The notes below the pieces were generated by a model. It was not told the origin of the DNA and ran no database searches. It saw only the letters and a program-made list of their open reading frames with translations. This document shows, piece after piece, positions 38,845 to 52,035 of a stretch of DNA of 64,000 nt. This stretch comes from Callorhinchus milii. Its lineage: Eukaryota. Location of the stretch: contig NW_024704742.1 in assembly GCF_018977255.1 (NCBI RefSeq), positions 110,422,001-110,486,000 on the forward strand, written 5' to 3'. How positions within the stretch are numbered: the first letter of the stretch is position 1; every line of letters starts with the position of its first letter. A program made the translations under genes and the position numbers.

Positions 38845-39437
38845 GCAACAACAACAAGATTCCATTTATTGAGCGCCTTTCACATCGGGAGGACGTCCCA
38901 AGGCGCTGTACAGTTGGGTCGGGACCCGAGCAGGGGGGAAATGGTCAGGGTGAGGGGAAGGAAGGGAGGGAGCGAGGAGGGGGTAGAGAGTCGAGAGGGG
39001 AGCTGAAGGCACGGTCAAAGAGAAAGGTCTTGAGACCGGCCTTGAAGGAGGAAAGGGAGGAAGCAAGATGAAGGCACTGGGGATAGAGTTCCAGAGCCTA
39101 GGGGCTGAGAGGCTGAAGGCCCGGCCACCGATGGTAGGGCGGTTGGGGCGGGGGATGTGGAGCAGACCGGAGCCAGAGGAATGGAGGGTACGGGCAGGTA
39201 AGTAGGGGATAGTAGGTCGGAGAGGTAGGAGGGAGCAAGGCCGTGAATGGCCTTGTAGGTGAGGATGAGGATCTTGAATTCGATCCTCTGGGGGATGGGG
39301 AGCCAGTGGAGGCGAGCGAGGGTGGGAGTGATGTGGTCGCGAAGCCTGGTGCGGGACAGTACACAAGCTGCAGAGTTCTGAATGACCTGCAGCTTGTGGA
39401 GGGAGGTGCCGGGAAGGCCAGCGAGGAGAGAGTTCCA
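38845..39437 (-). mobile_element. Young L2 3' end
   Basis: Nearly identical by eye to 31968-32548; CpG-rich; (CAA)n tail. Confidence 0.93.
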
Positions 39438-40557
39438 GCATCAATTGCTTTGAGACATCCTCCTGACATGAAAGTAAATGTAAATTGTATTGTGTACAAG
39501 CTGAGAAAGAAAGAACTATAACCTCAGAGTAAAAAGAAAAACATGAACAAGAATTGGAAAGTTAGTCCATCATCCCGTATGCAATATCCTATTTGAGTCC
39601 TATCTGAGCTACCCCAAGCTGCTGTATATCCCCCGACCCTTCCACACCATCAGTGGCTGTGTCTTCGATCACTACTCCCTTAACCTCTGGAACTCCCCCA
39701 CCTTAATCCGTCCACCTTGCCTCCTCTTTATCTTTAAATCTTTAAATCTGTCTTTAAATCCCACCTATCTGTTTGACCTTGCTTCACCTCCCCCCTTCTC
39801 CCTTGTACAGCATCCACCTCACCACTGTGCAGCATTCTTCAACACTATCTTGCATGAATTACGCTATATAAATGCAGTTTTTTGCTGTATTGTGGACTGA
39901 ATCCCTATTCAATCAATTTTGACAAGAAGATTCTGCATAGGTAATCCAATAATTCCCAAATCTCCAGTATTTAACCCTGGCCTCCTTCCTTCCACAGATT
40001 ATATTCTACCTCTTCCCCAACAGTAGGGAAATCATTTTGCAGCTAACCTTATATCATCCAATACTATTGTCGAGCACATACCTCCCAATTTTGTTATAAA
40101 GGATGTAGTTGATACAGCATTGTCTGACATTCCTTCTGGAAGGTTCATGTGTGTAATTTTTGGGTGAGGACAGAGTTATGCTCAACTGAAATGTTCCCAC
40201 AATCAAATCTCCTGCCATCACTCACTGTCAAGACTTCCATTTGAATTGTTGGAAAAAAAAATTATGTAAAAAATCACATGTCTCTCTGAAATAGATTTGT
40301 TAATTAAAAGGAAAAATGCTTGAAACATTTTAAACATTTTATGCAAAATAATCCGATTAGCTGTTTCTAAATTAACTGAAAACATAGCAACACTATGCAA
40401 TAATAAATATAAAACTCTTTGATGTGGATCTATTTGCTTCAAGCAATTAAATACAATTCATTGGTTCATTGGAAATGTGAGGTGCTGATCATCGATGTCA
40501 TCATGTGCAGTGCAGCCTTGTTGTAATAATAATAATAATAATGTGAATCTTTATACT

Positions 40558-40852
40558 GTAATAATAATAATAATAATAATCCTTGCATTTGATATAGCGC
40601 TTTTCACGTCGGGAGGACGTCCCAAAGCGCTTCACAGAACACACTGTAAAGTGAATTGACTGTATATTTGTGGGTGAACGCGGCAGCCAATTGCGCACAG
40701 CAATGTCCCACAAACAGTCGTAGATTGAAAATGACCGATTTATTATTGTTTTGTTTTGGAGGGATTATTATTAGGCTCTGTGTGGAGTAAGGAAACTTGC
40801 CCAAGGTTTCGCCCTCTGCCTGGAATTGAACTCAGGTCTCTCGCTTGCAAAG
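40558..40852 (-). mobile_element. SINE, short-core subfamily with an L2-identical tail motif
   Basis: Head fragment, then CCTAATAATAATCCCTCC, then tail GGGACGTCCTCCCGACGTGAAAAGCGC. Confidence 0.9.
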
Positions 40853-42804
40853 CTGTAAATTGAGTGATAATATGGATCCCATTCACTGTGCATGTATGCA
40901 GCTGTCCCACTTGCTTCCCATGTGCTGACTAACTGTTGTGCGAAAATGGCCAACTTCTGGGTCATTCGGTCACTACTGACATCATATCCTGCTTTGCACA
41001 TCAGTGGTGATCCGATAAGCCAGAAGTCATCCATTTTTCTTTAAGGTCAAGGAGCCAACCATGTGGCTGAAAAAAGTGAACTGGCTATCACTATAGCGTG
41101 AGTTATGAATTTAAGGATCCCAACAACCGTGCTAAAGTGTGGCTGCATTCTTCTTAATGTGTTTTGCATGGTATTGGGAAGTCACACTTACTATTGGAAA
41201 CAACCTAGACTGCCCCACAAGTGACATGAATGATCTAATAAGCAGCAGGTCAATATAAAGGCTAAATATACAAGGAAAATAATCTTGCTCACTGGCTATT
41301 GTCCCCGTGAATCTCCTTGATAGCTAACTCTGTAACCATTGTGGAACAAATAATTTATTTTAAAAGAGATTTAGACTGATACTTGGAAAAATAATGTTAT
41401 GAGATTTGGGGAGTGAGGAGCAAAGTAGGATTAAACTAGGTGACTCAAATGGAAAAAAGAACAGCACAAACTCGTTGGGCTGAATGGTTGACTACTGTTA
41501 TATCATTCTGTCGATTCCATGAAATGTAGCAAAACTAGAACACATATCAATTTGTATTGACTTGTTTTTAGGTCACCACCGTAGCAACTGTCCTGAGTTG
41601 TGCAGGTGAGTGTTAACAATACAGATACTGCAATAAAAGAAATATGATCAGATCTGAGAAAAATGATATAACTTGATATAAAACCAATTGCTGTACTTTA
41701 CAAGATATAGAATTTTAAAATAAATTTTTCAGGAGAAGATTTTATGCTTTTGTGTCATCTTTCTTGGATCAAAATAATAATAATAATCCTTACATTTGAT
41801 TTCACATTGGGAGGACATCTCATAGCACTTCATAAGATTTACTGCAAATTGGAGTGACTGTGTGTTTTGTGGGCAAGATTTATGATCTATATTGTTAACT
41901 TGTACTCAGCAGCACATTATATGATTATATGATCCATACATTGAACCATGAGGAAGAGCAAAATACAAATTGTTGGGGATGTTTTCTTTGAAGACATCAA
42001 TGAAAAACATGAACATTTCTCATTTCAGCTCGGACTTAGTTGCCTTTAGATGAACATGTCAAGTTATTACACTTTTCCATTATAGAGTCAAATATAAAAA
42101 ATTCTATTCTGAGGACAATTAATTACATCGCAAAATGGCAAATGTGCATCCTTGTCAGGTAGAGTGTATTCTGATGGCCTTTCCTCAAACAGTGAATGTA
42201 GAGATTTGATCTGCTCTAATGGCAGTGCAGAAAAGGGTAATTACACCATGGTCAAAGCTAATTTGCTTTCTGCCAGATGAACTGTTGTATTTTATTGTAC
42301 TCTGACATTTTAAAGTAATTACAGCACTGTTGACCTTAGCCAGTTCCAGTTGTATCACTGACTACAGCTGCAGGTTTCCAACTCTCGGCTCCCAGTTGCA
42401 GATAGACATGGGCTGTAACAATGTAATGGCACAGACACAGAGCACCATATGTGGCTCCTTTGATACGCACAAGGCACAATGGAAAGAAACAAGGAAAATC
42501 ATCTTGACATCATCATTACAGCCATTCAACTCCACAGGAAACCACCCCCCCACCCCCCACCCATACACACACACACCCTAGCTGTACACAATTGCCTATC
42601 CAACAAACCACCTCACTTAACATGTTTTTACCTGTGTAAATAATAGTCTTCATTCATAAAAGAACCTCATGCAACGCACTGCTCCAATGATGACATTAGT
42701 TCAAAGGCTAACAACTAGCATTAGAGATGAAAGCTTTGGTGTTCATTTGGAATTAACAGAAATTCCTTCTGAAAGATAGCCGTATAATTGATCTGAAGAC
42801 TAAC

Positions 42805-42948
42805 CTTTTTTGTCCAGGCAATCGCCAGATTGGTTTGATTAAACCCAAATGTTTGCTTATCAGGAGGATATACAGTACACCTTTTTTTGACAATATTAAT
42901 GATTGGTATATTTGAACATTTTCCATGCACAACCGGTTTACATTGTAC
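42805..42948 (-). CDS. Candidate exon of 144 nt with two open frames (VQCKPVVHGKCSNIPII...NQTNLAIAWTKK or YNVNRLC...IWRLPGQK)
   Basis: Good donor AAG|gttagt; weak acceptor gtaaacag; repeat-free. Confidence 0.35.
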
Positions 42949-43069
42949 CTGTTTACATTACCTGGACTTTGTTTGTAGCACAACCACTTGAAGTTCATAC
43001 TTCACCTAGTTAAAACATAATGTACGATAAATACCATCAAGCCATTTATAATGAATGAATAAATCCTGC

Positions 43070-43330
43070 TAGCTTATGGTCTCAACCATCCATCCTGCCA
43101 ACCTGTTCCAAATGTTAATTCCATAAAGAAATGCTACTTCCGATGACTGTCATAAAATTGACCTTCCCAACCTTGAACTTGTGCCCTCTTGTCCTGCTGT
43201 CTTGGCACATTTGAAAGTAGTGTTCTGGGTTACTTTCTCTATCCTATTTAGAATCTTACATACCTCTACAGGGACCCCTCCGAGACATCTCTTTTCAAGG
43301 CTGAAGAGCTCTACCTAGCTTATCTAGACC
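43070..43330 (-). mobile_element. CR1 LINE 3' fragment
   Basis: CCTGTTCCAAATG...CTTGAACTTGTGCCCTCTTGTCCT...CTCTTTTCAAGGCTGAAGAG (reverse complement of LFSLEKR). Confidence 0.75.
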
Positions 43331-45299
43331 TTCCTTATAGATCCATCCTCAAACTGTGAGTTCCTTATTTTAATTCCTGATTTGTAGTGTATTCCCTTCT
43401 TCCCCCTTCTATTTATTCCTGTACAGACACTGTCTAAAACAGTGAACAGTACCACAAGTTATAAAGTTATATCCTTTTGTGTAAATGCAAATGAAACAGT
43501 GAATCTATATAACATTCTTATACATGACAGCCAGTCATTTGATTCTAAACCTTTGTTACAGACACTTAAGTTCCCTCATTGTGAACTCTAATCTTCCTTG
43601 CTGCACGTGCGCTGTGTGCATACATGAATGCTGGAAGATAATAAATGGAAATTCCTGAAACTGCTAGGAGTAGAAGGGTTAAACATTCTTTTTCTTTAAT
43701 TTTGAATTATTTATGGAATTCTAAACGTATTCAAGATCAGCTTCGTCTGTGAATGTTAACTCATTTACATACATCTATTCAAATTTAAACTTGTTTTGGG
43801 GGATAAGAATACTGCTGGAGAACCCAGATAAAGGAAATTGAAGATTTGAAGATCAAACTGAAGATACAAAAGAAATCCAGTTTATTGCATTTAAATCCCA
43901 TTACTTATAGCACTGCTGTTGATTCTAGAAAGTACGGGTAAGTACCATCCTGCTCCAAAGCAAATTGAAGTTATATTTAAATGTGGCACTTTTTAATCAT
44001 TTTATAAAAACATCACTGAAATTAAAGATCTTTTGATTGAATTCCTCTGCTAACTCACAAAGTCCGTGAGGCGTAAATGTTTCTTCTGATATTTTCTTTA
44101 AGAACTCTGAATAGAGATGTAGCGAACAACTGCAGTAATTCTGATTGCTATGGCCCTATCTCCTCAACAGATGCTGGGATGTATATTGAAAGAGGCTGTC
44201 ATCTTGCTGGTCAGGTAGTAGCAAGTGAACCATACTAGTGAACTAATGCAACAAAATAAAACATGCAGCCCTCTGAACACATGCTGAAACCTTAGCTCCT
44301 CCTCCACGGTGAGCTAACAGTATTCTTATTAAGAACACTGACACATGTTGTCCCATCATTACAGCCACCGAACCCAGATTCTATCACTAATGTGACAGCA
44401 TTTGCCTATCTGTTCAATGGACTTCCAGATTTCTTTGGCTGGAGGCTCCAAACTCTCCAATAACATTGGCTTGCTCTTGAGCCCAGGTCTTAGCCTTAAG
44501 ACCATAACATCAGGTTGACTGAATTGATAGCATTAATTGCCTCTGGGTCAGAAAATTGTGGTTTCAAACCACATCAGAATTTGAGCTCATTGTCCTCTCT
44601 TTGGCTTCTCCTGGCTGCTTGTTTTTCAACTTTGTTGGCCTATCTTGGTTAAAGTGAAGTCAAAATAATTTAATTTTAAATTCTAACTACAAGAACGCCT
44701 TGTATTTCACTTTTTTTTGTTTACTAATTATTATTCCGCAATTATTCGGTGTTTCGCCCAAACAATACACATTAAATCCACTTTACAGTATATCTTGTAA
44801 AGTGCTTTGAGATGTCTCGAAGCTGTGATGATAAGGCACTACATCAATAGTAAGGATTGTTATTGTTATTATTATCTGGTGAAAAAACAAAAAATGCACT
44901 TTCCCCATTTCTGAAATACAATTTTCCTGATCATCCAGAGGACTTGGTATGGATTCATACTAAACAACAACAAGTTGCATTGATATAGCTCCCTTAATGG
45001 AGGATAGCGTCTTGGAGCACTGCACAGTGGCGGGGTTGGATAATCAGTAATTTCTGAAAACCAGAAATCTACGAATGCAAAATCTTTTTAAGAAACATTG
45101 CAAAATGCTCTTTCCTTAAGTTGGTACAAATTAACCCTTATTTTACAGAAAATAATGCTTAAGTACACTGCATGAAGTATTAGGACCACTTCACTTGCAA
45201 CTTGAATGGCATATATATGGGTCCCAAGGCTGCCTGTCACTTAAACTCTCTTGTTGGGAGCCTTTGGTCACATCGCTTGTGGCCCAATAGTTGAAGTAC

Positions 45300-45880
45300 A
45301 TAAGAACATAAGAAATGCTGGATGAAAAAAGATCAAGGTCCATTTAGCTTGCCTTCCACCTTCCTGGTGGTCGCATGCACATATGTCCCAAACTACCTAT
45401 GAACTATATCCCATAATGTTATTTCATAAAAGAAAACTATCTAATCTGTGTTTGAAAGAATCAACACTTCCTGCTTCAACTGTCTTCCTAGGGAGCCTGT
45501 TCTACATTCGCTCACTAAAACAGTGTTTGCGTAGATTTGTTCTAAATGTCCCCTTTCAATCACAGGCGGTGTCCTCTGGTTCTTCTATTCTGGACAAGTT
45601 GAAACAGCCTGCCATGATCTATATTGTCTTGCCCTTTTAGAATCTTAAAAACAGCAATCATATCAACTCTCAATCTTCTCTTTTTCAGCATGAACATGCC
45701 CAATTTACTTAGTTACTCCTCATAGTCCAGTCCTTCTATTCCCTCAAACATTTTGGTTGCTTTCCTCTGTATCTTCTCGATTTCTCCAATATCCTTTTTG
45801 TGCTGCAGCGACAAGAACTGTACACAATACTCTAAGTATGGTCTTACCAATAATTTATGCAATGGCAGGATTACCCCACT
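45300..45880 (-). mobile_element. CR1 LINE 3' end
   Basis: ACATAAGAACATAAGAA terminal repeat; GAACTGTACACAATACTCTAAG (reverse complement of LEYCVQF). Confidence 0.8.
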
Positions 45881-46882
45881 ATTTTGGCTTGCTGTTAACT
45901 AATACAAGTGAGTACTTTCTGGTAATAAGATGTTCCATAACATGGAGAGAAAACTGTCAGGCTAGTTATTTGTGCTTAATCAAATCTGTTGCCAGCAAAA
46001 TTCAAAGACTCAGACAGAAAGCAGGTGAATATCTGCAATGGTCCCAGGTTGGTTAGATGGAGGATAAACGGCACTGATGGAGTAAAATATTGGGGACAAA
46101 TACAAAATGAAAGTAAACAAATGTTTTGAAGGTTATAGAAATTATTCTAAGCCTGACTACTCTTACGAAGTTACCTCAATTTCATCACCTCAGTTTAATC
46201 TCCTAAGTATTTTGAAGTTTATGTAATGATTCTGTATCTGTAGGATCATCATTCAACGGGATTTTAATTGGTCAGCGCACTTATCTGAGGATGTTCGTGA
46301 GATGTTCTAAAAGTAGGAGAGCATGAATTCAGGAATGAATCATATTGTTGGGAGCAATGCTTCAACCATTGGTGAAATTAAAACCTGTCTCCAGAGGGCT
46401 CGTACACTGGAGCAAATCCAATTATTCCCGCTGCCACCATGTTTTTTGCCACAGATGCCCAGCAACCAGCTAGCCATAGACTGGGGAAAGCCCTCAGCCA
46501 TAAAATGTAAAGTCCCCATTCATGACACCTGCAAAATACACAGTCACTACACTTTGCAGTGAATCCTGTTGGGTGCTTTGAGACATTCTCCTGACGTGAA
46601 AGCTAAGAAATTATATCAAATGCAAAGGTTATTAAAAAATTTAAGTGCTCCGAGACGCTACCCTGCATGAAGGGTGCTATATAAATGAATGTTGTTGTTA
46701 TTATTATGATTTACAAATTATTTTTCCAGGGTGAGTTTATATGAGTTTCACTGTTACCATCCGCATTATACAAATCTCACACAATCTAAAGTGAACAAAT
46801 TCAGAGCAATGATGAGCTCCAGTATTACAGGATTACTTATTGAAGCAAAACAATTAATTAGTGACTCAGTGAGAAAGCCAAA

Positions 46883-47060
46883 TATAATAATATAATAATT
46901 CTTTCATTTGATATAGCACCTTATCACGTCTTTGAGACATCTCAAAGCGCTTCACAGAATATACTCTAAAGTGAATTGACTGTGTATTTTGTGGGCAAAA
47001 CGTGGCAGCCAATTGCACACAGCAGTGTCCAACAAACAGTCATAGATTGAGTGACCAAGT
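46883..47060 (-). mobile_element. SINE 3' half
   Basis: Reverse complement of the shared body and tail. Confidence 0.88.
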
Positions 47061-48816
47061 GTTACTGTATGTATGTATATAATATAGTATTTGCAACTCA
47101 TTTTGTCAGTGGAAGATTTATGTGATATTAGAACAGATTTGTTCAAATTATTCAAACTTCTATGCATCACTGATACTTGGGATCAGTGGGATCTAAAATA
47201 CGGATTGGACCAATAAACAATGTGATGTGTAATCCTTTTCATTATTAGTTGCAGAATTAAGGTACCCTGAATGTGTTTGAATATGGGCTATCAGCCCGGC
47301 CTGCATTTTAGACACCGATGGCTTATTGCAGCTTCAAAGTAATATAACACATTCAGATGGTAAACTTGTAAATTCACACCATGTCAGATTGTACAATGAA
47401 GCAAACTGTGTGGAATGGCTTATTGATAAACACGAGAGCCTGTGTTTGTGCACAAATTCAGAGGCTGCACTGAGCAGCATGAGGAATTTCTCAAAGTGTA
47501 TCTTTGGCATTTAGATCATAGATAAACATTGTTTCTTTCAGAGTGCTGGTACAGATGTCACCCTATTAAGACATTACTGGTGCTATATTCTTATATGGAA
47601 GATGTCTTGACAGAATTGCTAATGTTCTCCTTCCTCCAGGATATTTTCTAATATGTGTAGCCTTTTCATGTTTCTAATTAGGCCAGTAATGGTCCCTGAA
47701 GTTAAACCAATTAAAATAAAGTATTTACTGTGACACTTTCTATCTTCCAGTGCAGAGATAATTATCTGATATTTGAAGCTTCTTCTGCTGTCTCACCAAT
47801 GCTCCATTATAAAGGATGGTGGGGGGGGGGGAGGGGAGGGAGTTAGTGTATCAGCTGTTTCTATGTCTCTTCTAAAATATTTGGCCCACAGTGGAATAAA
47901 AAGATGGAATAAAATATTACAACCTCTCAGGGGCCAATCAAAGAGGTTCTAAATTTATGCAATGCTCTCTTTTTTTGATAAATGTAAGGAAGAATTCCAT
48001 AAGCACACACATTTTACAAGAAAAGAAAATACCTATATCTTTTTAAGTAGGACCAAAATCAAGTTGGCCTAATGTTAAGCAATGAACCAGCAAGAATTGC
48101 CTAAAACTGCAGACTCAAGCTGGATAAGGCTCATGTACTGTATATATTTATCAGCTTCATACGAACTTTACAAAAAGATTTAACAGTTGTACTTTTGGTG
48201 TGCAAAGGAAATGATGTACAGAGATGCCAGCATAGGTTTTTCTGTTACAAAATCTGCCAACTAAATATAGAATGTAAGTCTCAGAGAGTCATAGACATAA
48301 TGACAATTCAGGCATCCAAAAGAGAGATAGGAAGGAATATGGAGAAATGACAGAGAAGTCGATTTAAAAAGTGTCATTAAATTAAATGTTTTTGTCTACA
48401 AAATATACAGTCACTGTATTTTATAGTGTATCCGGTGAAGCACTTTGAGAAAGGTGCTATTATTATAGCTGGTTCAATGAGCAAAATTACTTCCTATTGA
48501 TCCTGCATATTTCTTATGTTTTTGGTTATGGTCAACTTAAATCCAAGTAAGTAAAACGTTACTAACTGTATAGAGTTGCAAAGAAATGCAACAAAAACAT
48601 ATGTGCTTATTACAGATTGGTGCAATAAATAGGGAATAAAGTTCAGCTGTCCATAACTCAGCAGAACACCATTATTTAGAAAGAATGAGCTCTCCAGCTT
48701 TCTGTAGTGATCTCTGCCCTGCAATTTTTCTGGATCATCCCACCTATTCACTACCCTGTGGGAAAGAACAAATCTTCTGTTAATTTGTCCACTGTAACTC
48801 AAATTAGAGTGAATTT

Positions 48817-49030
48817 AACAAAAACAGAGAACGCTGGGAACACTCAGCAGGTCAGGCAGCATCTATGGAGAAAGGAAAGTGAGTCAATGTTTCGGGTTCA
48901 TGAACCTTCGTCAGAACCAAAACAATGACCCAATTTCCTTTCTCAATAGATGCTGCCTGATCTGCTGAGTGTTCCCAGCGATTTCTGTTTTTGTTTCAGA
49001 CTTCCAGCATCTGCAGTATTTTGCATTTTA
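48817..49030. mobile_element. Palindromic Penelope-type terminal-repeat element (inverted pseudo-LTR pair)
   Basis: Arms about 48817-48892 and 48919-48995 are near-perfect inverted copies (AACACTCAGCAGGTCAGGCAGCATCTAT / ATAGATGCTGCCTGATCTGCTGAGTGTT); family assignment rests on my recollection of shark Penelope repeats. Confidence 0.75.
48880..48918 (-). ncRNA. Minimal type-I hammerhead ribozyme motif, probably decayed
   Basis: Minus strand reads GGTT-CTGACGA-aGGTTCATGAACCc-GAAAC-ATT-GACT: CUGANGA box, stem II, GAAA box. Confidence 0.6.
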
Positions 49031-49793
49031 AAGTGACTTCAGCTTGGTTATTAGAGAGGATCTATGCAGAACTTTCCTCACGAGACAGATAGAGTGGAAG
49101 GAATAGAATCCACTGTAGGCCAAGCTTTACATGTTCTGTTAGGACTGCTGTTGTCTGCAGAGGGAAATAGTTTGGATCATGGAAATGTAGGTCTGGAAGA
49201 ATTTTGTTAATATTCTGTTTTTTTCTGGATTAAAATGAGGGATTCTTTAATATTTAAGCAGATCCTTCCTCCGGGAGTTAGTGTGGGTGGATGACGTCAA
49301 TGTTCTTCTGTTGTCTCCTCTTGGAGCATTATGTTGCTAGTTTGATAGTTCCATTATTACGGGGAGGCAAGTGTGGTCAAACATGACAAACTTTGGTCTG
49401 CCTTACAATGCTCCAGCATTTGAATACCTACATAGATCAATGTAGCTAATGCCGTAGCAGAATTCTTTAAGAGTCTCAGAGCATCAGAGCACTGAATGGA
49501 TTGGTCCATTTTATGTGGCAGCACAAATCATTTCATACAGCTGAATGGATTAGATCATTGTAATGTGTTCTCTGTGTGCTTTCACGTGAGACTTGCAGCA
49601 CTCCATCAGGCAGAAATTGACACACAGGGCATGGAAAATATAGAGACTATTTCCACTCTGGAATGATTATTTTTTATAAATTAATTTTCTAACGGCTGTT
49701 TCTGCTTGTCGAGGAGAGAGCTGTCAGGGCTGGGGAATGTAACACTTTTTTCTCTGATGTTGGACATTCAACGTTACAGAAGAAAAGCTAAAC

Positions 49794-49909
49794 CCATCCA
49801 ATAATGCAAAGGGGGTTTTGGTGTAAAGCATTTCCCTCATGTCGGTCATTGAAATTGAATTTGTCCAATTGCTGATCACCGGAAAACTTGAATTTTCCTC
49901 GATGCAGGC
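49794..49909 (-). CDS. Candidate exon (G)LHRGKFKFSGDQQLDKFNFNDRHEGNALHQNPLCIIGW
   Basis: Open frame, phase 1 in and 0 out, bridging 53937 to 42948; CpGs retained; both splice sites weak. Confidence 0.3.
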
Positions 49910-51617
49910 CTAATGCGTCCTTAAGTCAGAACATTTAAGTAACTAATCAAGAAGAGCCAGTGTTAGGCACTAACTGACCACATAATGAGCAGTTAACAAA
50001 GTTATCAGTACATCCAATAAATAATGTGGTCTCAGGAAGGATAAACATACTGCAAGAAAGGCTGCAAGAAAACCATTCTTTGCTGAGCTTGCAGGTTTTT
50101 AGTTAATTTTTTTGTGTAATGTGATTTTTATACTTTCATGCATTCCGAGACACTACCACACATGAACGCCACTATATAAATAGGTTGGATCGTGGAAGTT
50201 GTTGTTCATGTAAAAAAGTACTAGTACCAACTGCAGGGTTCTTCAATTATAAATGTCAGTTTATTGCAAAGAGCTGCCCAATTCCAATCGCCAACCTCCT
50301 TGGCTCAAAATTGCTATTAGTCTTTTCTTGTAAAACCATTTTGCCTTAAAATTTAAGACAGGCAGAATCATGCAGAGTTCTTACATTCAGTCTAAATTTG
50401 GAAGTCAGCTTTCCCTAATTTTTAAAAAGAACTCGCTTCAGAAGTAAAACTGGATTTAAGAATGGGCCATAATTTTGCATACTCTAAAATGTTATATCTA
50501 CCTTCTTTGTGGGGAGGGGTGAGAGAGGCGTAAATGGGTTTCCTGCAAGCTGAACTGTTATGGTTGGAAATGGAATGTCAGAATTGAGTCAACCTTCTGT
50601 GAAAGTCTCAGTAGTTCAGTTGCTGAGCCATGCAGGTCAGCAGTATTCCAGGCATTGCTGATGAGAGCCCAGCCAGCCTCTCTGGATTTAGGTAAATTGA
50701 ATCCGTCTTTCCAGGGAGAGAGTATGCATTCTGTTCCAATACATGGAAGTTTCCACCTGTAGGTGGGATGATTTGAACTCTCAGTTAGGTTGGATACTCG
50801 CAAGCATAGTGATGGATTTCTGCATCTGTTAGACACCTGGGTAAACAAATACNTTTTTTTACAACAAATTGGCCTTATAGCCTGAGATTGGTAGAATTTT
50901 GGCCTCCGATACAGTGTTTTGTACAAAGCAACTTTGCATTTATATAAAGCCAATCATGCAGGGTAGTGTCTCGGAGGACTTAAACAAGAGACTGAACGAT
51001 CGGAAGTCCTATAGTATTCACTAAATGTGAACTCATACACAAACTCAGTGCTTGTGAAGAATAAGGATGGTAATATTATTCCTGGAAATAATCAAGTAAC
51101 AGAATCCTATTATAAATATCACATTTTTATCCTATTACAACTCAAATGAAGTTATTAAAAAAGGTTTCTGTGTTGGAACAGAGGTTCCTGGCTACAATTC
51201 CCTCCCCTCAAACATGGCAAGTTCCTGATTATAGCCAAGCTGTCAGGAAGGTCTAAATTAAGTGAACAGTGGGATTGAGCCAGTAATTCCCAAAACATCA
51301 TTGAAATGTTGGACTCTGAGAGGCAGCAGAGAATCAGGGCATTGATTGCTCAAGGGATCCACAATCATTCTTTACAATACTGATCATAATATACAGCAAA
51401 TAATTGAACCCTTAGACCTCCAGCAAAGTTTTGGCTAGTTAAACTCCAGTAGTATTCCATCTCACGCTCTGCGCTCCCCAAGTCTTGGCAACCTGCATCT
51501 AACGCTCTCCAGAATTAGGTAAGCAAATTGGCTGCTGTGTTTTCATACAAAAAATATCAGTCATTAAAATATATCCTGTGAAGTGCTCTGAGACATTCTC
51601 CCAATGTGAAAGGCAAC

Positions 51618-52035
51618 TTTGATAGCCTCTGAGTCAGATAGTTGTGGGTACAAGTCCCACACTAAGACCTGGAACCCATATAGTCTTTACTGACACTCCA
51701 ATCCAGTGCTGGTGAGGGAGAGCTGCATTGTCGGAGGTGCCATTCTTTGGATAAAACATTAAACCGAGGTCCTGTCTGCCTGTCCAGGTGGACGTTAAAG
51801 ATCCCTAGGCACTATTCGAACAGAGAAGGGAGTTTATCTCAATGTTCTGATCAACAAATCCCTAGATAAAATTCACCACTGACAGCATGGCTGTGTGTGG
51901 GACATTACTATACACAAATTGGTTGCCGTATTTGCCAACAAAATACAGAGTCACACCACTACGAGTATATCCTACAAGCGCTTTGAGACATCTCGACAAC
52001 GTGATAAGGCACTATATCAAATGCAAGATTTATTA
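51618..52035 (+). mobile_element. Deu-domain SINE
   Basis: GCCTCTGAGTCAGA...CAAGTCCCAC...TGTCGGAGGTGCC...TTAAACCGAGG...CAGGTGGACGTTAAAGATCCC plus tail. Confidence 0.85.

Noticed and set aside
38866-39521. Long Pro/Ser-rich or antisense ORFs (also at 11018, 28816, 34018 and 52419)
   Set aside because: Alternative frames of GC-rich L2 3' ends
47818-47840. Poly-G/G-quadruplex-like tracts (also near 7255, 9755, 55526 and 63922)
   Set aside because: Common simple repeats here; no evidence of function
50594-50756. Phase-compatible minus-strand exon candidate (WKLPCIGTEC...LSQK)
   Set aside because: Weak donor (gttgac), and part of it resembles the old SINE family head (CTGAGCCATGCAGGTCAG); likely chance
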